Assembly: GCA_964609855.1 (NCBI GenBank)
Contig: CAZSTB010000001.1
Location: forward strand, 27,854-91,853
From: an uncultured Bdellovibrionales bacterium
GTDB lineage: Bacteria > Patescibacteriota > Minisyncoccia > Moranbacterales > GWC2-37-73
DNA: 64,000 bases
Direction of reading: 5' to 3'
The position numbers and the translations under genes are program-made. Below the pieces are notes generated by a model, which was not told the DNA's origin, made no database searches, and saw only the letters and a list, made by a program, of their open reading frames with translations. Shown one piece after another: positions 10,477 through 20,998 of the stretch; the stretch's first letter is position 1; each line of letters opens with the position of its first letter.

Positions 10477-10637
10477 TTCATTGGTCTGTAGACATATCCC
10501 AGGAAATAGATCCCCCGGGGAAGCGACAGTGTCGAGGAGAACCGCAGCCGAAACCGCCGAACCCATGTCTGGGCAAAAAAAGTCGCCGAGATTGAGGACA
10601 AAAGATAGAAGCCCCCAACTGTCTACAGGTCAATGAA
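10477..10637 (-). ncRNA. Candidate structured ncRNA (6S-like rod)
   Basis: GC-rich island closed by an 18-bp terminal stem (10477-10494/10620-10637), nested helices and a UUCG-capped hairpin; flanked by a minus-strand promoter and a terminator. Confidence 0.55.
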
Positions 10638-10675
10638 AACAAATAATTATTGATGTACTTACCACTCGATTTAAA

Positions 10676-10704
10676 AGTATAGCATGGGTAATTTTTTTTG
10701 TCAA
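10676..10704 (-). promoter_or_regulatory. Promoter TTGACA-N17-TATACT with TGn extension
   Basis: Direct reading; points into the candidate ncRNA. Confidence 0.7.
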
Positions 10705-10917
10705 TAGCTAATTTGTTAACAGCTAAAAAGAAGCCTCATTAAGCCAATTATTTCTTTAAATCAAGCTTCTATGTTGTAATACGCAAACCAAAGTCATTAT
10801 GTTTCACTTTTTGTCACTTTTTTTAAATAATTTCTTATGTGGTGTCATAGTGGAGATAAAAGTGTTATTATTACTAAGGATTAAAGTAAAAGGTAATAAG
10901 AATTTGAGAAAAAGTAT

Positions 10918-11925
10918 ATGATAACGACTTCAGAAGAACAAGAAGAAGACTCAGGATTAGAAACAACTTTACGTCCTCAGAATCTTGGAGAATATGTCGG
11001 ACAAAAGAAAATTCGCAAAAATTTGCAAATGTTTATTGATGCCGCCAAGAAACGCGGTGAAGCAATTGAGCATGTGCTGCTTTATGGTCCAGCAGGATTG
11101 GGTAAGACAACCTTGGCGCATATTATTGCAAACGAGATGGGTGTAAACATAAAGGTTACTTCAGGTCCAGCCATAGAAAGAGTGGGTGATCTAGGTTCGA
11201 TATTAACAAATCTCCAAGACGGCGACGTGCTTTTTATTGATGAAATCCATCGTCTAAATAAATTGATTGAAGAAGTGTTGTACCCTGCTATGGAAGACTA
11301 CAAATTGGACGTCATCATTGGAAAAGGTCCTTCCGCCAGAACCTTGCAATTGGATCTTCCAAAGTTTACACTCATCGGGGCCACTACTCGTCTTGGTGCG
11401 CTTTCAAATCCACTCAGAAACCGTTTTGGTGCGATTCATCGCTTGGAGTTTTATGATGAGGATGAGATGAAAAAAATTATCTACCGCTCTGGAGGAATTT
11501 TAGGCGTTGAAATGGAAGATAACGGCGCACGTGAAATCGCACTTTCAAGCCGTAAAACACCTCGGGTAGGAAATAGACTTATCAAGCGTGTGCGAGATTT
11601 TGCTCAGATAAATGACCATCCGACAATTACTAAGGATATCGCCAGGCAAGCGTTGGAAATGATGGACATTGATGAATTGGGACTTGAGCCAACAGATAGA
11701 TTTATTTTAGAAACGATCGCTTTAAAATTTAGCGGTGGGCCGGTTGGCATTGGAACAATTGCGGCTGCTACTTCGGAAGAAATTGAAACTATTGAAGATG
11801 TCTATGAACCTTTCTTGATACAATTGGGCTTCTTGATTCGCACACCGCGCGGACGCATGCTGACAGCAAATGCCTATCACCATCTGGGGCTTCCAGTGCC
11901 TGAAACGCATCAAAAAATAGTATAG
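10918..11925 (+). CDS. ruvB: Holliday junction branch migration helicase RuvB
   Basis: [34 protein letters not shown]. Confidence 0.98.
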   Translation: MITTSEEQEEDSGLETTLRPQNLGEYVGQKKIRKNLQMFIDAAKKRGEAIEHVLLYGPAGLGKTTLAHIIANEMGVNIKVTSGPAIERVGDLGSILTNLQDGDVLFIDEIHRLNKLIEEVLYPAMEDYKLDVIIGKGPSARTLQLDLPKFTLIGATTRLGALSNPLRNRFGAIHRLEFYDEDEMKKIIYRSGGILGVEMEDNGAREIALSSRKTPRVGNRLIKRVRDFAQINDHPTITKDIARQALEMMDIDELGLEPTDRFILETIALKFSGGPVGIGTIAAATSEEIETIEDVYEPFLIQLGFLIRTPRGRMLTANAYHHLGLPVPETHQKIV

Positions 11926-12044
11926 GAACTTAGGCGGGATGAATTTTTTTCTTCGCAGTTTAAATGTGGTATACTTGAAATATAAAAGTATCCATAAAAA
12001 AATAAAAATGTTGCCATAATTAAATATGGAGACAAAAACATAAA

Positions 12045-12269
12045 ATGCTTGTTTTGATTTTTCAAACATTATATTATCTCAGCTTGTTCTCAATGTTTTT
12101 GATGAGTATTTTTATTGTTTTTCATATTGTTTTTTACGCTTATAGTGCGGCTTCTAAGCTGATAACTCTGCTGATTTTTGTACCAGTAGCATTGGTTTTA
12201 ATGTTCACTAATTTTGCACTTTTTTCTGAACTGCCACTGGAAAGAATTTTAACCGGCATGCTACCATAG
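12045..12269 (+). CDS. Small membrane protein
   Basis: Two hydrophobic segments. Confidence 0.65.
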   Translation: MLVLIFQTLYYLSLFSMFLMSIFIVFHIVFYAYSAASKLITLLIFVPVALVLMFTNFALFSELPLERILTGMLP

Positions 12270-12309
12270 CAAGAGGTACCTTGCTAAAAGAAAAATAAAT
12301 AAAATACAC

Positions 12310-12888
12310 ATGGACGGATTTTCAAATTTTCATTTTAATGACTTAGGGCAGGACGAGCAAATTGTGCGAGTCATTCATCGAAATTGGTTTTATTTATTGT
12401 CTCAGTTTTTTCTGGTATTTTTCGTGCTCGGAATTTTTTGGAGTGCGATTACTTTCGTGCCGATGTATTTTCCGGATTTTCTTGGCAATGTAAATGAGCT
12501 CGTCATGCTTTTCGTGCAAAATTTTTTCATGTTGGCGCTTTGGATTTACTGCTTTTTGATTTGGATTGATTATTATTATGATATTTGGATTATTACAAAC
12601 GAACGAGTTATAAATATCGAGCAGAAAGGCATGTTTACGCGCAAGGTCAGCGAACTTCGATTCAATAAAATTCAGGATGTAACAACAGAGGTTATCGGGT
12701 TTATTCCTTCGGTTTTAAATTACGGCGACGTGCAGATACAGACTGCCGGAGAACAAGAAAGATTCATTTTCAGAACAATTTCCGATCCGTATCATATTAA
12801 AAATATTCTTATGGAGCAGCAGAAGAATAATGAGAAAAAATCAACGGAACGTCTTGGTGAAATGATCAAAGAGAAGATGAATGAATAG
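12310..12888 (+). CDS. Membrane protein with bacterial PH (bPH_2) domain
   Basis: Two TM helices followed by IITNERV...IQDV...YGDVQIQTAG. Confidence 0.8.
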   Translation: MDGFSNFHFNDLGQDEQIVRVIHRNWFYLLSQFFLVFFVLGIFWSAITFVPMYFPDFLGNVNELVMLFVQNFFMLALWIYCFLIWIDYYYDIWIITNERVINIEQKGMFTRKVSELRFNKIQDVTTEVIGFIPSVLNYGDVQIQTAGEQERFIFRTISDPYHIKNILMEQQKNNEKKSTERLGEMIKEKMNE

Positions 12889-12937
12889 GGGCGTTTCTGA
12901 TTTATAATTTTTCATATATCAGGGGGTCAAAAAAAGG

Positions 12938-15364
12938 GTGAAAGAAAAAAACGCATCCCGTGGAAAACTAATTCTACGGGTAAAAAAATCGTTTAAATAT
13001 CAAGCGATATTGGCACTGCTTTTTGCGGTGCTTTTTATTTTTCCAAATTTTTCTTATGCAACCGAATGCCCAAAAATTATTATAAGTGAACTGCAAATAA
13101 CGGGTGGGACAGGAAAAACAAATGAAGATTTCATAGAATTATTGAACGCTGGAGATGAAAACTGCAATCTCGAAGGACATCGCATCGTGAAAAGAACCGA
13201 AAACGGAACATCGGACAATTTGATTTATGAATGGCAACACGATGAGATTGTTTTGCCATGGAGATATTATCTGTGGGCTAATGCCGGCGGATTTGCTACC
13301 AAAATAAATGCCGATGTTTCGAGCAATGGATTGATTTCTAGCGACAATGGAATTGCTTTGCGATATAGGGACGATAACGGTGACAAGATCATTGATGCGC
13401 TTGGCTGGGGAGCGAGTAAAAATATTTATTCTCAAGAATATCTTTTTGAAAAAAATCCGGGCACAAATCAAAGTCTTGAGAGGAATGCGGATGGAACTTT
13501 CTTTTTGCAGACAAAACCTGAACCAAAAAACAGTTTATTTGAAAAAGATGAGGAAAAAAATGTGTGCAAAGCAGATATTTTATTTAATGAGATATATCCT
13601 TTCACAAATGAAGAATATGTTGAGGTGGTAAATCAAACAGACAGTCCATGTTTTTTGACTGGCTGGAAAATCAGCGACGAGAAAGGATATGACGAAGAGT
13701 TTCCTGATGATGCAGAAATTGCTGCGGGAGATTTTTTTATTTTAGATGGAAATCTTCATTTGAACAATGACACGGATAAGGTTTATCTTTTCAACTCAAG
13801 AGGAGAAAGAACTGATGAGCGCGAATACGAAGTGGATTTCAGCACGCAAGACAAATCGTATAGTTTTTTTGAGAATGATTGGCGCTGGACCAAATCACTC
13901 ACCCCAGCAGAAGAAAATGTTGAAAACTATGAAGAGGATGAAGAAGACTCGGTGCGTCTGGATGAACGCTCTGAACATGCCGGAACTGTTTTTATCAATG
14001 AATTTTTACCTGATCCTGAAAAGGGAGATGACGAGTTTATTGAAATCTACAACTCAGGCGATGCAGAAAGGGATTTGTCGGGATGGAAAATTCATGATGC
14101 GACAAAATCGGGAGAATATGAATTTGAAAGCCATGTGGTCATAGGAGCTAAAAAATTTCTGACTATTTTTGGGGAAGTTTTTAAATTCGCTCTCAACTCC
14201 AGTAAGGAAACTTTGACACTGCGCGATGAAGAGGGAAAAATCGTTTCCGAAATTTATTATGACAAAAGCAAAAAAGGCGCTTCCTACAATTTCAATGGTA
14301 GCATTTGGCGTTGGAGCAAATTTTTGACGCCCGGAAAGGAAAACATTTTCAACAGCGAGCCCTATGGAAAAATAAAAATTCCGGATGAGATTTATGAAAA
14401 GGTGTATGCGGAGTTTTCCGTTGGCACGGGCGACACTGATGGCGACATTGTGAAAGTTACTTGGGATTTTGGAGATAAGCATAAAAGTTATCTTGCAAAA
14501 ACACGTCATAAATATGTGAAAAAAGGAACATATGAAGGATACGTGAAACTATCCGACGGAAGTGAAGATGTCGTGCATAATTTCACCGTCAAAGTTGAAG
14601 AATTTCCACATCCTAAAGTTAAGATCACAATTGTTAATGCTAACCCAAAAGGAAGCGATACGAAATTTGAAACCATCACGATTCAAAACAAATCAAAGAA
14701 AAAAATAAACTTGAATGGTTGGAGCATCGCAACAGGTTGGAAAAATTTGGTGAATCATCCAATCAGGGAAGATGTTGAGATTAAGAAAAACAAATCCAAA
14801 GAGCTTAGCAGGGAAGTTTCAAGTTTCACTTTGAACAATAAAAAAGACAAAATAGAACTGCGCTATCCTGACGGTGAAGTCGCATATAAATTGAAATATA
14901 AAAAAGAGGAAGGCATTGAGGAGGGAGAAGTTTACAGGAAAGTTGATGGGGGATGGGAGTGGAAAAATAATAGGCAAAATTCAACAGACAAAATTCTCAA
15001 GAAGAATATGGAAGAATTGATTATTGATAATCAAGACGCAATAAGCAACATTCAAAAGACTGGAATCAGCAAGCAGCCAGATTTTAAGCAAGAAAAAGAG
15101 TTAGTGGACAGCAGCAATCAATCATCAGATAAGGAAGAAAAAGGAAATAAGCTTATAACCTTGAGCAATGAGAAAATTACAATTGAAATTCTCAAATTCG
15201 ACGCTGCTATCATTGAGAACACGAGCGTTAGGAATGTGGAGGGAAAATATCTACTTACCGGGGAAATTTCAAGTCGCGAACATTATGGAATTGTTTTTCT
15301 AAAAAAAGTTTCATCGAATGCAAATTTGAAATTGAACTTCATCCTGAATTATTTCTTGAATTAA
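12938..15364 (+). CDS. Secreted multi-lamin-tail-domain (LTD) + PKD-domain protein
   Basis: Signal peptide; repeated I(S/N)E...EF(I/V)E..N...L.GW.I LTD motifs (four copies); VTWDFGD PKD motif. Confidence 0.8.
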   Translation: MKEKNASRGKLILRVKKSFKYQAILALLFAVLFIFPNFSYATECPKIIISELQITGGTGKTNEDFIELLNAGDENCNLEGHRIVKRTENGTSDNLIYEWQHDEIVLPWRYYLWANAGGFATKINADVSSNGLISSDNGIALRYRDDNGDKIIDALGWGASKNIYSQEYLFEKNPGTNQSLERNADGTFFLQTKPEPKNSLFEKDEEKNVCKADILFNEIYPFTNEEYVEVVNQTDSPCFLTGWKISDEKGYDEEFPDDAEIAAGDFFILDGNLHLNNDTDKVYLFNSRGERTDEREYEVDFSTQDKSYSFFENDWRWTKSLTPAEENVENYEEDEEDSVRLDERSEHAGTVFINEFLPDPEKGDDEFIEIYNSGDAERDLSGWKIHDATKSGEYEFESHVVIGAKKFLTIFGEVFKFALNSSKETLTLRDEEGKIVSEIYYDKSKKGASYNFNGSIWRWSKFLTPGKENIFNSEPYGKIKIPDEIYEKVYAEFSVGTGDTDGDIVKVTWDFGDKHKSYLAKTRHKYVKKGTYEGYVKLSDGSEDVVHNFTVKVEEFPHPKVKITIVNANPKGSDTKFETITIQNKSKKKINLNGWSIATGWKNLVNHPIREDVEIKKNKSKELSREVSSFTLNNKKDKIELRYPDGEVAYKLKYKKEEGIEEGEVYRKVDGGWEWKNNRQNSTDKILKKNMEELIIDNQDAISNIQKTGISKQPDFKQEKELVDSSNQSSDKEEKGNKLITLSNEKITIEILKFDAAIIENTSVRNVEGKYLLTGEISSREHYGIVFLKKVSSNANLKLNFILNYFLN

Positions 15365-15570
15365 AAACCTTGATAAAAACGCGGTCGTCGAAAGGTCACA
15401 GTTTAGTTTTGGCATGTGATTAATTTTAGTAATCGAATTTACTTTACTCTGGGCGCGCTTGAAGCTGACGCTTTTGGATGCTAGTATTAAAAAAGATAAG
15501 TAGTTGATGTTTATATCGGGTATTTTGTGTGCACTCATACGAAATACAAGATACAAAATACTATATTCAT

Positions 15571-16287
15571 ATGTCAGGACATTCACATTGGGCAGGAATA
15601 AAGCAAAGAAAAGGGGTCAATGACGCCAAAAGAGCGAACGTATTCACCAAATATGGGCGTCTTATTACGATTGCGGCCAAAGAAGGCGGCGGCAAGCCGG
15701 AAATGAACTTCAAGTTGAAAATGGCTATCGATCAGGCGCGTTACGTAAATATGCCCAAAGAAACTATTGAAAGAGCAATAAAAAAAGGAACGGGAGAATT
15801 GAAAGATGGCGCCGAGATTGAAGAAATAATCTACGAAGGTTATGGACCTGGCAATGTCGCCATGCTTATCAAAACCGCCACGGACAATCGAAACAGGACT
15901 GGAAGCGAGGTGCGCAGCATTCTGACCAAGGCTGGCGGAAAACCAGCTAGCGAAGGTGGTGTGAAATTTATGTTCAAGCTGGTGGGAAACATTGCGGTGG
16001 CTGTTGGAGACAAAGATCCTTATGATGTTGAGATGGCAGCAATTGAGGCAGGAGCGGAGGATACTATTTTCGAAGGAGACATGGTTATCGTTTACACTAA
16101 AGTTGAAGATCTTCAAAAAGTAAAAGAAAATTTGGACAAGGCAGGCTTCACTGTTGAAGGCGCCGAACTTGTTTATGCTGCTGTCCAAAAAACAGAGCTT
16201 GATCCAGAGTCCAAAATCGACTACGAAAAACTTTTGGAAAAATTGGATGAAAATGATGATGTGCAGGAAATTTATGACAATCTGTAA
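15571..16287 (+). CDS. yebC: YebC/PmpR family protein
   Basis: MSGHSHW start, YEGYGPG, TDNRNRT, DDVQEIY. Confidence 0.95.
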   Translation: MSGHSHWAGIKQRKGVNDAKRANVFTKYGRLITIAAKEGGGKPEMNFKLKMAIDQARYVNMPKETIERAIKKGTGELKDGAEIEEIIYEGYGPGNVAMLIKTATDNRNRTGSEVRSILTKAGGKPASEGGVKFMFKLVGNIAVAVGDKDPYDVEMAAIEAGAEDTIFEGDMVIVYTKVEDLQKVKENLDKAGFTVEGAELVYAAVQKTELDPESKIDYEKLLEKLDENDDVQEIYDNL

Positions 16288-16304
16288 GCTATCGCTTAAA
16301 GATT

Positions 16305-16424
16305 GTAATTTCTAATTTAGAATTTCGAATTTTAAATGAAACTCGAATGACTGAATGTTTTAAAAATAAAAATTCAAAATTAAAAAATTGATTCAAAATT
16401 CAAAATTCAAAATTCAAAATTCAA
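16305..16424. repeat. Heptamer tandem repeat (TTCAAAA)n running into the ruvC start
   Basis: attcaaaattcaaaattcaaaattcaaaattcaa plus degenerate copies upstream. Confidence 0.8.
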
Positions 16425-16927
16425 CCAAAGCTCTTCGTGTTATTGGAATTGATCCTGGAACTGCGATTGTAGGCTGGGCGATTATAGATGAAATTGCGGG
16501 AAAATTAAATGCGGTGGCTTACGGCCATATTACTACTTCGCCGAAAAATACCACGGCCGAGAGACTTTTTGAAGTTGTGCGCGATCTTGATGAAATTATC
16601 AAGAAATATAAGCCTGAAGAATCGGCAGTAGAGGATTTGTTCTTTTTTAAGAATGTGAAGACAGTAATGAAAGTTAGTCAGGCGCGGGGTTCAATACTCT
16701 TGACTTTGCAGCAAAATTGTGTTAACATATATGAATATACACCGTTGCAAGTAAAACAGGCACTTACGGGGTATGGCAGGGCTGAAAAAAAGCAAATTCA
16801 GATAATGACGCAAAAGATTCTCAATCTGAAAAGTATTCCCAAACCTGACGACACGGCAGATGCGATTGCAATCGCTTTGTGCCATATAAACAGCCGAAAG
16901 ATGAAAGGAATAAAGAGTGGTTGTTGA
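16388..16927 (+). CDS. ruvC: Crossover junction endodeoxyribonuclease RuvC
   Basis: IGIDPG, AVEDLFF, EYTPLQVK, PDDTADAIA. Confidence 0.96.
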   Translation: MIQNSKFKIQNSTKALRVIGIDPGTAIVGWAIIDEIAGKLNAVAYGHITTSPKNTTAERLFEVVRDLDEIIKKYKPEESAVEDLFFFKNVKTVMKVSQARGSILLTLQQNCVNIYEYTPLQVKQALTGYGRAEKKQIQIMTQKILNLKSIPKPDDTADAIAIALCHINSRKMKGIKSGC

Positions 16928-17015
16928 TGATTTTAGATTTAAAATGAATCTGAAACAAAAATAAAAAGAGGTTCACTTCAATAGAATCTGCTTATTTTTT
17001 TATAAGATTAATTTT

Positions 17016-17672
17016 ATGCCAAATGTAAGTCCAATCATCCAATACTTTATTCAGCAAGGAGTGCCGCTCGACACGGTTATTTTGCTTTTCATGCTACCGA
17101 TTATTGTAACCTTGATCGCTTTTTTCCGCCAAGTTGTCGGAATTAAAGCTTTTGGAATATATACGCCCGCCATCGTGACCTTTGCATTTCTGGCTATCCC
17201 ACAGCTTCGTTACGGAGTTGTGATTTTTATTAGTGTCATCTTGGTCGGAATGCTGATGCGTTTCGTGCTTAAAGGTCTTAGAATTCTTTATCTACCGCGC
17301 GTTGCAATCACTTTAAGTATAATTGCCTTTTCTATCCTAATGCTCTTGGGAATCGGCGGTTCTTTGCAGCGAACTGGTTTAGCTTCGGTTTCAATTTTTC
17401 CTATCTTGATTATGATAACCTTGGTGGAAAAATTTGTAGCAGCGCAGCTTGAAAAAGGTAACAAGGCTGCTTTGATTCTAGCGATTGAGACGTTAGCTAT
17501 CTCATTGATAGGTTATAAATTAGCGAGCTGGCCATTTTTAATAAGTGGAATTGTTGCCTATCCTTGGCTTATATTGTTTACAATTCCGGTTAATATTTTC
17601 CTAGGTAAATGGGATGGTTTGAGACTTACTGAATATATAAGGTTTAGAGAGGTTCTGAAAAATCTTAAATAA
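17016..17672 (+). CDS. 7TM domain protein (7TM_transglut-like)
   Basis: Seven hydrophobic segments with RQVVGIKAFGIYTP, LYLPR, FPILIM, GLRLTEYIRF motifs; adjacent to an ATP-grasp gene. Confidence 0.8.
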   Translation: MPNVSPIIQYFIQQGVPLDTVILLFMLPIIVTLIAFFRQVVGIKAFGIYTPAIVTFAFLAIPQLRYGVVIFISVILVGMLMRFVLKGLRILYLPRVAITLSIIAFSILMLLGIGGSLQRTGLASVSIFPILIMITLVEKFVAAQLEKGNKAALILAIETLAISLIGYKLASWPFLISGIVAYPWLILFTIPVNIFLGKWDGLRLTEYIRFREVLKNLK

Positions 17673-17751
17673 TACTAAGTTGGTAGGATTTAAAAGATGA
17701 TATAATTAGGGCCATTGAGATCATTTCTTGCTGGTTTAATGACTTATATAA

Positions 17752-19146
17752 ATGTTTGAAGCTTTCAGAAATGGAAAAAAATTGTTGGGTATGAATGCCC
17801 GCAATCTTGATTACATTAGGCCTTACAATCGAAAACGCGCAAAGAAATTGGCAGACGATAAAATCCTGAGCAAGCGTATGCTTAAAAAGGGCGGGATTCC
17901 CGTGCCAAAATTACTTGCGAAAATCAGAACCGCTGAAGAGTTGGAAAACTTCGATTGGTCTTCTTTGCCGAATACGTTTGCTTTAAAACCCAATAGAGGC
18001 TATGGCGGCGGCGGGATTATGGTTGTATATGGAAAAAAGAAGAACAGAGCCGATGCCTGGGTTAAAGCTGATGGAAAAATTGTTACAATCGAAGACATTA
18101 AAAGTCATATTTTGAATATTTTGGATGGTGCTTTCTCATTGGCTAATATGCCTGACATCGCATTTTTTGAGGAAAGACTTACTTTACTGAAATTGTTTAA
18201 ACCTTACGCCTACAAGGGTATTCCGGATATCCGTGTAATTGTTTTTAATCGCATCCCGGTGATGGCCATGCTCAGACTCCCAACCAAGGAGTCAGGAGGA
18301 AAAGCTAATCTGCAACAGGGAGGTATCGGTGTGGGAATAGATTTGGCATCGGGAGTTACCACGACCGCTGTGATGGGCAAGGGGAACATCATTGATTATG
18401 TTCCAGGAACCAGACTTTTGCTTTCAGGTATTAAAATTCCATATTGGAAAGATATGCTGCTGCTGGCTGTAAAAGCTCAAGAGATTTCGGGAATGGGATT
18501 TTTAGGTGCGGATGTCGCAATTGATCGTGAAAGAGGTCCGGTATTTTTGGAAATTAATGCGCGTCCGGGACTTTCAATTCAAGTTGCGAATCTAAGCGGA
18601 CTTAGGGAGCGGCTGGAACGCATTAAAGGCTTGCGCATAAAAACCGCAGCTCGTGGCGTGCGCGTAGGTCGCGACTTGTTTGGTGGCGAAGTTGAAGAAG
18701 AAGTTGAGGAAATTTCGGGAAAAAAATTGATTGGAACGATTGAAAGAGTGAAACTTATTGGTCTGAAAGGAAAATTTGCAGAAATTGAAGCAAAAATTGA
18801 TACCGGAGCAGGTTTTACTTCTATTGATACCGACTTAGCTCAGCAGCTTGGCTTTGAGGATACGGTTGAGGAATTTCAAAAAATTGAAACAACCTATAAG
18901 GATATCGCTCATCTTGGAAAAAAAGAGCGTTGGGATATTTTTAAACACATTCCTCACCTTGAGAGTACCGTTGTTGTGCATAGCGCGAGCGGATCAACAT
19001 ATAGGCCTACAATCAAAATTACCGTTGTGATGGATAATGTGGTTATTCCAACTAAAGTGACTTTAATAAACAGAGCGCATTTGAAATACCCGATTATTAT
19101 CGGTAAAAGAAATTTAAAGAAATTTTTGATTGACGTAAGTAAATAG
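17752..19146 (+). CDS. Alpha-L-glutamate ligase-like ATP-grasp protein fused to a retropepsin-like protease domain
   Basis: LGMNARN..YI, KPNRGYGG, PDIRVIV, ANLQQGG, LEINARPGL; C-terminal AKIDTGA...IIIGKR. Confidence 0.85.
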   Translation: MFEAFRNGKKLLGMNARNLDYIRPYNRKRAKKLADDKILSKRMLKKGGIPVPKLLAKIRTAEELENFDWSSLPNTFALKPNRGYGGGGIMVVYGKKKNRADAWVKADGKIVTIEDIKSHILNILDGAFSLANMPDIAFFEERLTLLKLFKPYAYKGIPDIRVIVFNRIPVMAMLRLPTKESGGKANLQQGGIGVGIDLASGVTTTAVMGKGNIIDYVPGTRLLLSGIKIPYWKDMLLLAVKAQEISGMGFLGADVAIDRERGPVFLEINARPGLSIQVANLSGLRERLERIKGLRIKTAARGVRVGRDLFGGEVEEEVEEISGKKLIGTIERVKLIGLKGKFAEIEAKIDTGAGFTSIDTDLAQQLGFEDTVEEFQKIETTYKDIAHLGKKERWDIFKHIPHLESTVVVHSASGSTYRPTIKITVVMDNVVIPTKVTLINRAHLKYPIIIGKRNLKKFLIDVSK

Positions 19147-19174
19147 GTGATTCATGTCCAGTAAAAGATGAGGT

Positions 19175-20020
19175 ATGAGATTTTATTGCATAAACAAGAG
19201 GCAGTCGCTTGGATTTGCTCGCGAATATTTGAAAAGCGCTTGTCAAAAATTGGGCGTGGAATTTGTGGAAATCGTTTCTGAGGATTTCAATATTTTAGAG
19301 ATGCCGCTACTAGGAAAGCAGGACATGCTTTACAGAGTGAGCACTGATAAAACTTCGTTTGCAATCGAACAATTTTTGTTAAATGATAATGTTACGACTT
19401 TTTACATTAATTCTCTGGAGCATGGAAAGTCGCGCGCTTCGTATTTGGCACTGAAAGGTTCGGAAATCTCCATTCCAAAAACCATCTCTGTACCGTCACT
19501 GAACAAGAAAAATATCGAAAAGTACGTTGAATATTTGGGCGGCTTCCCGATTATCTTGAAAGTCGTCGGCGGGATGCGCGGTGTTGGCGTTATTAAAGTA
19601 GATTCTTTGCCTGCGCTTTATTCCATTACCGATTATTTGGATACAATTGAAAGTAAATATATTTTTCGCGAGTTTATTGACTCTTCCAGTAGTGCTCGCT
19701 TAGTAGTTTTAAATGGAGAAGTTATTGCTAGTGTTGAATATGGCTCCACTGGAAACGATTTTCGTTCAAACAGTAGGCTTAGCGGTACCAGTGTGATTGA
19801 AAAGACTTATGACGAAAAAATTCAAAAAGCCGCTATTGAGGCAACGAGGCTTAGGGGATTTGCTTTTGGCGGCGTTGATATCATGATAGATAAGGGTGGA
19901 AAGTATTATGTTTTGGAAGTTAATTTTCCTTTTGGATTTCCAGAGGTTCAGAAAATTACCGGTATCGATGTGGCAGAAAAAATGATATGCTTTCTAATGA
20001 ATAAATCAAAAAAATTATAA
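19175..20020 (+). CDS. RimK-like ATP-grasp ligase
   Basis: FPIILK..GGMRGVGV, DFRSN, GGVDIM, LEVN. Confidence 0.85.
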   Translation: MRFYCINKRQSLGFAREYLKSACQKLGVEFVEIVSEDFNILEMPLLGKQDMLYRVSTDKTSFAIEQFLLNDNVTTFYINSLEHGKSRASYLALKGSEISIPKTISVPSLNKKNIEKYVEYLGGFPIILKVVGGMRGVGVIKVDSLPALYSITDYLDTIESKYIFREFIDSSSSARLVVLNGEVIASVEYGSTGNDFRSNSRLSGTSVIEKTYDEKIQKAAIEATRLRGFAFGGVDIMIDKGGKYYVLEVNFPFGFPEVQKITGIDVAEKMICFLMNKSKKL

Positions 20021-20022
20021 TA

Positions 20023-20943
20023 GTGGCTATGGAAATCAAAAAACGCCTTCTAATCATAGGTATCAGCGAAAAGGTTCACACGAGTGACAGACTCATAAGG
20101 GAAGCAAGACGAAATGATTTACCCTATGATTTTATTAAATGGGGTTCGCTGGTTTTTCTTGGTGGAGAAATTTTTTCGCAGTCGCAGAAAGTTGAAATTA
20201 AAAACTATGCAGCAATTTTTTGTGATATTCCTAGTTATAAGCTTAATGGAAAATCGCAGGATTTTTATTTCCGTCTCTATAACGAACTGAATGAAGTTTG
20301 CAAAGCAGCCGAAAAACATGGTGTAAAGTTATTGAACGGAAAATTTTTGCTGAGAAACCCTTTCTATAATAAATTTGCGCAAGCGCAAATGTTCGCAGAA
20401 AAAAATGTCGAGGCCATTGAAACCTTGCATCTTTGTGACAATAAACTTTCAAAAGTCGTTAGGGTTATTGATTCATTAGGGTGGGGTTATCCGTTGGTAG
20501 TTAAATGCAGTGAGGGCGGGATGGGGCAGGCTGTCTGGAAAGCGCAAGATGTCGAGGGTCTGCAAGACATTATCGAAGATAAACGCAATCAAAGTCTTGT
20601 TTATCAGCCATTTGTGAAAAATGATTGCGACTTTAGAGTTTTAGTGATCGGCGGAAAGGTTTTAGGCATCATGAAAAGAACAGCAAAGGATGGTGAATGG
20701 AAAAACAATTTCGCTTTGGGTGGCAGCGTAGTGGCATTTGAAGATGAAAAGATGGATATTTTTTGCAAGGATGTGTGCCGGAAACTGGAATTGGAATATG
20801 TAGGCCTGGATGTTTTTAAGGTGGGGGAGGGTTATAAGATCATTGAAACTAATATTTTTGCTTGTTTTGAGGGATTTGAGGAAGCTTTTCCGCATGAAAA
20901 CGTGGCACTGCAAATCCTTAGAGCGCTTGAACTAGTCAATTAG
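20023..20943 (+). CDS. RimK-like ATP-grasp ligase
   Basis: YPLVVK..GGMG, DFRVLVIGG, WKNNFALGG, GLDV, IETN. Confidence 0.85.
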   Translation: MAMEIKKRLLIIGISEKVHTSDRLIREARRNDLPYDFIKWGSLVFLGGEIFSQSQKVEIKNYAAIFCDIPSYKLNGKSQDFYFRLYNELNEVCKAAEKHGVKLLNGKFLLRNPFYNKFAQAQMFAEKNVEAIETLHLCDNKLSKVVRVIDSLGWGYPLVVKCSEGGMGQAVWKAQDVEGLQDIIEDKRNQSLVYQPFVKNDCDFRVLVIGGKVLGIMKRTAKDGEWKNNFALGGSVVAFEDEKMDIFCKDVCRKLELEYVGLDVFKVGEGYKIIETNIFACFEGFEEAFPHENVALQILRALELVN

Positions 20944-20998
20944 TTATAATTAAAATTTTGAAATTTTGAGCATAGCTCAGCTTTTCTAGGATATATCT

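Noticed and set aside
15583-16188. 201-aa minus-strand ORF
   Set aside because: Antisense to yebC
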